Source: a virus (lineage: Duplodnaviria; Caudoviricetes). Taken from it: 64,000 nucleotides of DNA. Numbering within the stretch: position 1 is the stretch's first letter; each line of letters begins with the position of its first letter. The translations under genes and the position numbers were made by a program. The stretch spans positions 1-64,000 of IMG/VR virus record IMGVR_UViG_3300001580_000013. One strand, given 5' to 3'. The notes beneath the pieces are model-generated. The model had not been told where the DNA came from. It worked only from the letters and a program-made list of their open reading frames with translations, and did not search any database. Shown here one piece after another: positions 61,201-64,000 of the stretch.

Positions 61201-62609
61201 TTTGATCCGCCTCCACCTCCGCCTATTATAGATACATAGGGTTGCTGATTGTTGCTTTCTCTTTTAGTATCTTCTACCGATGATTTTACTTTTATTGGAG
61301 TTCCCCATTCGCCATCAGACTGTTTAAAGAACAACCAACCATTCTGTACCATATGATCAGGGGATTTTCCCATGAACTGCTCTTTGTTCTCTTCAAAATA
61401 CTGCTTAATGTATTCTGGTGTAACTATATTCTGTTCAACTTCTTTTAATTTTTTTGATATATCGGTTATTTTTCCATTTAATTCTTTGGATATATTTTTT
61501 ATTTCTGTTTTTAAATACTGCTCTACATCTTCGTTTATGATTTTTATTTCAGAATTTATAACCTTAATATCTTCTTTTAATTTTGCTATTTCTAAATTTT
61601 TTGGATCAACCTTCTCAACAATTATTTTATCTAATTTTTTGTTGAATTTTGTTTCCATGAGTTGCAATATCAATTCTTGTATCTGCGTAGAATTTAATGA
61701 AGCTTCCTCTGTTAATGACAGTTTATCTATAATATTGGATGAAATTTTGGAAAAGCTTTCTTTTATTTCTTTTATGTTCTTATCGGTTTTTTTTAGAGCT
61801 TTGGTGTAATTATCCATGAATTTATCAAAAACTTCTGAATCAATCTTTTCTTGTAATTTCGTTGTGATATCTGAATTTAATTTATCCGAACTTTCTTTTA
61901 TGCTGTCAATGTAGTTCTGTGTTAACTTGGCATAAACATTTTCCTGATCTTCTTTTAATTTTATAGAAGTCGCGGTTAATTCCGATTTTAATTTTTCTGT
62001 TGTTTCAAATATTTCTTTTGATATTTTTTGTGTTACTTGAGTTACTTTTTCGAGTTCTTTGTTAAATGTTTCAGAAATATCAACTACATCATTGTTGGTC
62101 TGTATTATTTGTTCTGACAGATTATCATTTATTTTTTTCAGAGATTCATTTAATGCTTTGTTGTATTCAATATTTAATTGCGAAACATAATCAAGCATTT
62201 CCTGATTTTTTTCTGTCAATTGTTCTGTTATGGATGAAAACTTTTTACCAGAATCTATTCCGAGCAGATCAATGATATTTAAAAGATGTTTCTCCTGTTC
62301 TTGTAAAGCATCTCTATATTCTTCGTTAACTTTGAATATTTTTTTATCAAATGATCTTTTAACTTTTTCATCATTAACAATTTTTGTATCATACTTTTCA
62401 TTTAATGAATTTATTTTTTCTATTAAAGATGAAATTTTTGAAAATACATCATAATTTATTTTATTGTATCTGATATTATCTACAGATTTTAATTTATTAA
62501 TTTCTTCGGTTATAGAAGTTTTTAATTCAAACAATTCTTTTCTTGCTGTGAATATTTCTTCTTTAATAAATTCGGTATTTTCGTCTTTTTTAATTATTTC
62601 AATGTTCAT
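55230..62609 (-). CDS. giant fibre-like structural protein (N-terminal coiled coil + fibre modules)
   Basis: ~430-aa heptad-rich N-terminus, GGGGGGS linker, LTKLFDVD and YKGTWNALTNTPTL fibre motifs. Confidence 0.65.
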   Translation of the reverse strand: MNIEIIKKDENTEFIKEEIFTARKELFELKTSITEEINKLKSVDNIRYNKINYDVFSKISSLIEKINSLNEKYDTKIVNDEKVKRSFDKKIFKVNEEYRDALQEQEKHLLNIIDLLGIDSGKKFSSITEQLTEKNQEMLDYVSQLNIEYNKALNESLKKINDNLSEQIIQTNNDVVDISETFNKELEKVTQVTQKISKEIFETTEKLKSELTATSIKLKEDQENVYAKLTQNYIDSIKESSDKLNSDITTKLQEKIDSEVFDKFMDNYTKALKKTDKNIKEIKESFSKISSNIIDKLSLTEEASLNSTQIQELILQLMETKFNKKLDKIIVEKVDPKNLEIAKLKEDIKVINSEIKIINEDVEQYLKTEIKNISKELNGKITDISKKLKEVEQNIVTPEYIKQYFEENKEQFMGKSPDHMVQNGWLFFKQSDGEWGTPIKVKSSVEDTKRESNNQQPYVSIIGGGGGGSNMSNYYLTKLFDVDSTNYDVNGNILSFDQTNFKFIYKINDTGTTNTDLWTSNKIIDYTGSVVGNYQLLSEKNQTNGYPGLINGKIDPSQLPDSVIEYKGTWNALTNTPTLIDGTGNTGDFYVTSVEGSQTFDGELIEFKVGDWVMYNGTVWQKSQNQDLSGFIPYTGANKDVDLGTNKLTANDIETKYIDLDSAYDTYEHGNAPAGQLDYYNIRNINHTAGVTGTLPSITAEEVGGVKTGNMILSAGTYNVYSDINGALPLLRYEIAEQTLTLVANSINYIVFDGNTESVEVYQTREAPHLIDQLKIIPIYTIYRMDMDGEISFFEVNWDLASQGLANKIADGLVRTERWTAESGMELSASNDADRKIILSEGYIWRGRVHRYFVDSFDSSVDTCYIWYKIGTEWYREAATKYNNSQYNDVATGLAELPTWNDYAINWVYRAVLTDGTKHACILLGNTPYKFTNVMEIPAPDVSELPPPFQSLGMLAGRIIVRKGNNTTIVTSAFNNTSFDFIDENTINRLDDADRTLVTNGVKNGMKLDIATLAPTTKFKITAGSYYSLEDGVTQFAELDEIPLTNLTTQLVTYIALDYSQPIGLTQIVQSSSPFTPTDRRNYILIGAVIHSNMTTINAFNSMPDVAKNVAGQYNDLLDAIRVFNVNGNIISANGVNKYLNKSSGEIFKKGVNFHELNGSDNPNLKFLDSLSAPATLRHRTRSITLLTPEGLDTNTLDVGYYDRNGVKTAITAPYEFSIMRVALFSSNLIRIQYGQAVYKNMADALAAVNTEVFAVEQNIAENGLFRGVIVVSKNATDLSNPLQAKFIELNRFGEVNQSIGGIGGTTTLQQAYNNSPVGEIVTDATRDGVTFQNGQVGGDALDVFQVNNYAGETVFNVNGEGNVKAQSANIDHPTADNIIKFGDVGDGSVPLWLLGEDKDDEGRNWFKLERYNEFEDGYYMWRCNSDYLTQIWDLEVESSIIAKENIRGNKVDEGFQCNLMGVSSIGKWVRIATCPNSSSTSHAMFEIRYGGDWLNTIPAPPDGYCRQNGSLIFTVTSDIGNKSGVSIHILHSTSMEGYQYSQIEKLRVVTKDAINQENPNDNCESYLEYFTGIYDEHRLYIHKHLSEGWDILETPLVDQAIPAGYSAYEVSTEYTFAIKGYDSLVSIDRDGNVETDKKITSNGLIVNDSILGFDDYYSAHLKGNIFIGEEGALPTPKYIESVGGISLWDAYLYGSGTMYNEIYLDPFQDNQLFISSTDKDINIQFNSNGSISLFADLETTNSKISMNSVNVISATLSGKNPTINSLDYGYYVDKAGVIVKTTHNFIGDVTINATDDTDLGGDNLQENGLFLDGAVDTDKQIVFKDNGVDKWAIQGAWRNEDARFMYFYNLDSQENPLVISRNGRFGFNRPISLVSPYVAYNGTGLNDVTASGNFEGNTTTAFRIYIDSVGTPDTFRWEYLINAGGTGSTWTSGGTLIPCQITPYELREGVYITFGATTGHSLTDTWSVRGFSQDPPSTMDIKPPMIHRVMVSEDAGSTFIDYTYKSATTQCSIADSFEILGDTDHYLYLGNASKWSAVNVILSQYGVGGTFKVQYLNSSDAWVDVPNAIDSTTNLTANGDIIWDNTEFVDWAKKTIDGTEGYWLRLIPVTAYSTPAELSSICRHTNTRLAVYSAHNDLRPAFQVEGDGVTKMWEAERVSTATSYRNAEYITEQRLKNALSVYQDRIAYLTNTDSGINKLLSLTAQASFSNTYSVSQDTQTELETWIEFEDAMNYRTSIEIGDRFESYLYLQKTTANRGVTFQVDLLVLDSVGTILHTYSSAEIVAPLATNIEAYTFVVTADVQHTFVAGDKLAIRVKAKRSGSPLTTQNVLIHGGGTYNSQLDYPAVNITLDRLFEHFEEDQDTLKNQWKAKGIGTDYDIELVPKGAGIVRTTSDLTVVGDITLESGDKIINAVAGTIDAGTSDIETTGDIEATEFRMGTNAVMKFNSVSNSIDFIIN

Positions 62610-62617
62610 CGCTTGTC

Positions 62618-64000
62618 CTATTTTTCTATGAGTAATCCGTCTTGATAAAGATAAACTTTTCCATCAATTTTAACTGTATCACCATTTCCTGCTTGTTCCT
62701 TCAGTAATTTGGAGATGTCCACTTTTTTATCAGAAAAACTGTCTTTTATATAGCTCGCTTCTTCATCTTCTTTTTTGGTGTCCTTGACTAATTCTTCATC
62801 AGAAAATTCTTCTTGTTCTGCTCCAATTTCTCCCTCAACGGATTGTGCTATTTGGTCGGGTGACATATCTTCTCCACCTTCCCCACTTTCCATTTCTCCG
62901 CCACCACCCTCCATTGATTGTGCCATTTCGTCTGGGGTCATATCTTCTCCCCCCTCTCCGCCACCACCTTCATAAGAACCACCTCCACCACCGGAACTTC
63001 TCATATTCGCATAGTCATCATCGTTCTTATCTTTTGCAAATTCAATATCTTTCATTCTGTATGTGGTTGTTTCTTTCTGCATGTCGTCCCACTCTTCTCT
63101 TGTAAATTTCAAAACATTACGAACAACCCAGTCTCTTGTGTAATACCCAGATTCAATGAATGGTTCAATTTTTTCAAGAATAGATAATTTCTGATCTATA
63201 ACAAAAAAATCTTTCATTGTGTTGTAGTAGTTATCGCTTTCCCAAATGAATTTTATTTTATTTCTTATTTTAAACCAATCTTGAAGAGTTATTTCCTGTT
63301 TTGCCATCATATCTCGTTTAATCAGTTCATAAAATAATTGTTCAAAGTTTTTTCTAAATCCACGATTTTTCTTAGAAAAAGTTAATTCTTCTCTCAATAT
63401 GTTTGGATCAGTTGCACTTGTCCACGAAACTTGAGCCGATTCATCGCTTAAACTCCTTCTACTCTTCGGAACATTGAATGAGGTATATATTTGCTTAACG
63501 AAGTGATCTAAGTCCTTTAAATCGCCCAAATCCATGTTCCCCGATGATAACATATCAACACTTGATCCTCTACCATCAGAATCCACAGGAAACCAATAAT
63601 TTTCTCCAATCACTCTAACCTGTTTCTGTTCATCAACTTCACCGGTGTCCGATCTATAATATTTTTTTTGTTCATATAATCTTTTTAATTTTGCTGTATA
63701 TGCTTCTGCTTTATCCTTTGGCATTTTTCCTGTATCAATTTTAAAAACCCTGCTATCCGAACCATGAGTTAATCGGTACATAATAAGTTGATCTTGAATT
63801 AAATTCAACTGATTTATAGATTTCATTGCATGATAAATTGGAGAAAGATACATCATCTTTGAACTATCCCATTGACCAACATGAACTACGACAATCTGTT
63901 CTTCTTGCAATTCTTCTAAATTTCCAAATCGTTCTTCTGCGGGAATAAGCAAATCCATATTTGATATACCAATTTTTTCATCTTGCCCCTCTACATTAGT
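62618..64000 (-). CDS. portal protein (T4 gp20-like), 5' end outside window
   Basis: HAMKSINQL...MYRL...SRVFKIDTGKMPKDKAEAY, ENYWFP, DLDHF...NVPKSR, REELTFSK; frame is open to 64000. Confidence 0.92.
   Translation of the reverse strand, partial: TNVEGQDEKIGISNMDLLIPAEERFGNLEELQEEQIVVVHVGQWDSSKMMYLSPIYHAMKSINQLNLIQDQLIMYRLTHGSDSRVFKIDTGKMPKDKAEAYTAKLKRLYEQKKYYRSDTGEVDEQKQVRVIGENYWFPVDSDGRGSSVDMLSSGNMDLGDLKDLDHFVKQIYTSFNVPKSRRSLSDESAQVSWTSATDPNILREELTFSKKNRGFRKNFEQLFYELIKRDMMAKQEITLQDWFKIRNKIKFIWESDNYYNTMKDFFVIDQKLSILEKIEPFIESGYYTRDWVVRNVLKFTREEWDDMQKETTTYRMKDIEFAKDKNDDDYANMRSSGGGGGSYEGGGGEGGEDMTPDEMAQSMEGGGGEMESGEGGEDMSPDQIAQSVEGEIGAEQEEFSDEELVKDTKKEDEEASYIKDSFSDKKVDISKLLKEQAGNGDTVKIDGKVYLYQDGLLIEK

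Noticed and set aside
3271-62454. Many 60-150 aa opposite-strand ORFs overlapping long genes
   Set aside because: No SD or promoter, low-complexity F/I/L/S-rich translations typical of antisense shadows
1-64000. tRNA/rRNA genes, reverse transcriptase/DGR, tnpA, integrase
   Set aside because: No cloverleaf-sized intergenic gap or matching motifs seen; tRNAscan/Infernal/HMM searches would be needed to exclude them fully

Overview
Very AT-rich segment of a large lytic T4-like (Tevenvirinae/Straboviridae-type) myophage genome; no host genes, rRNA, tRNA or CRISPR array were seen. Late/structural modules: small and large terminase (the large one carries a 155-aa mini-intein), baseplate and fibre genes (6.9-20.3 kb, + strand), and prohead protease, fibre/lectin genes, a 2459-aa fibre-like protein and the portal C-terminal part (46.6-64 kb, - strand). 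These carry T4 late boxes (TATAAATA). Between them lies a ~25 kb minus-strand early region of small ORFs driven by about 11 near-identical sigma70-type promoters (TTGACA-17-TATATT). It encodes RNA/nucleotide-repair and likely counter-defence enzymes: Pnk/phosphatase (in a separate early block at 5.4-6.4 kb), RNA ligase, Thg1-like, HAD, metallophosphoesterases, MazG-like and an NDT-like protein. Most notable: two catalytically intact, transposase-free tnpB cassettes, each directly behind a phage late promoter, sharing a 3' RNA scaffold but with different guides. They look like RNA-guided homing endonucleases. Also notable: a class of apparently leaderless late genes, a cluster of likely capsid-packaged proteins including an NDT-like enzyme, and a HAD gene broken by a 6-nt insertion in its catalytic motif. 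Family calls are from motif recognition by eye, not database searches.
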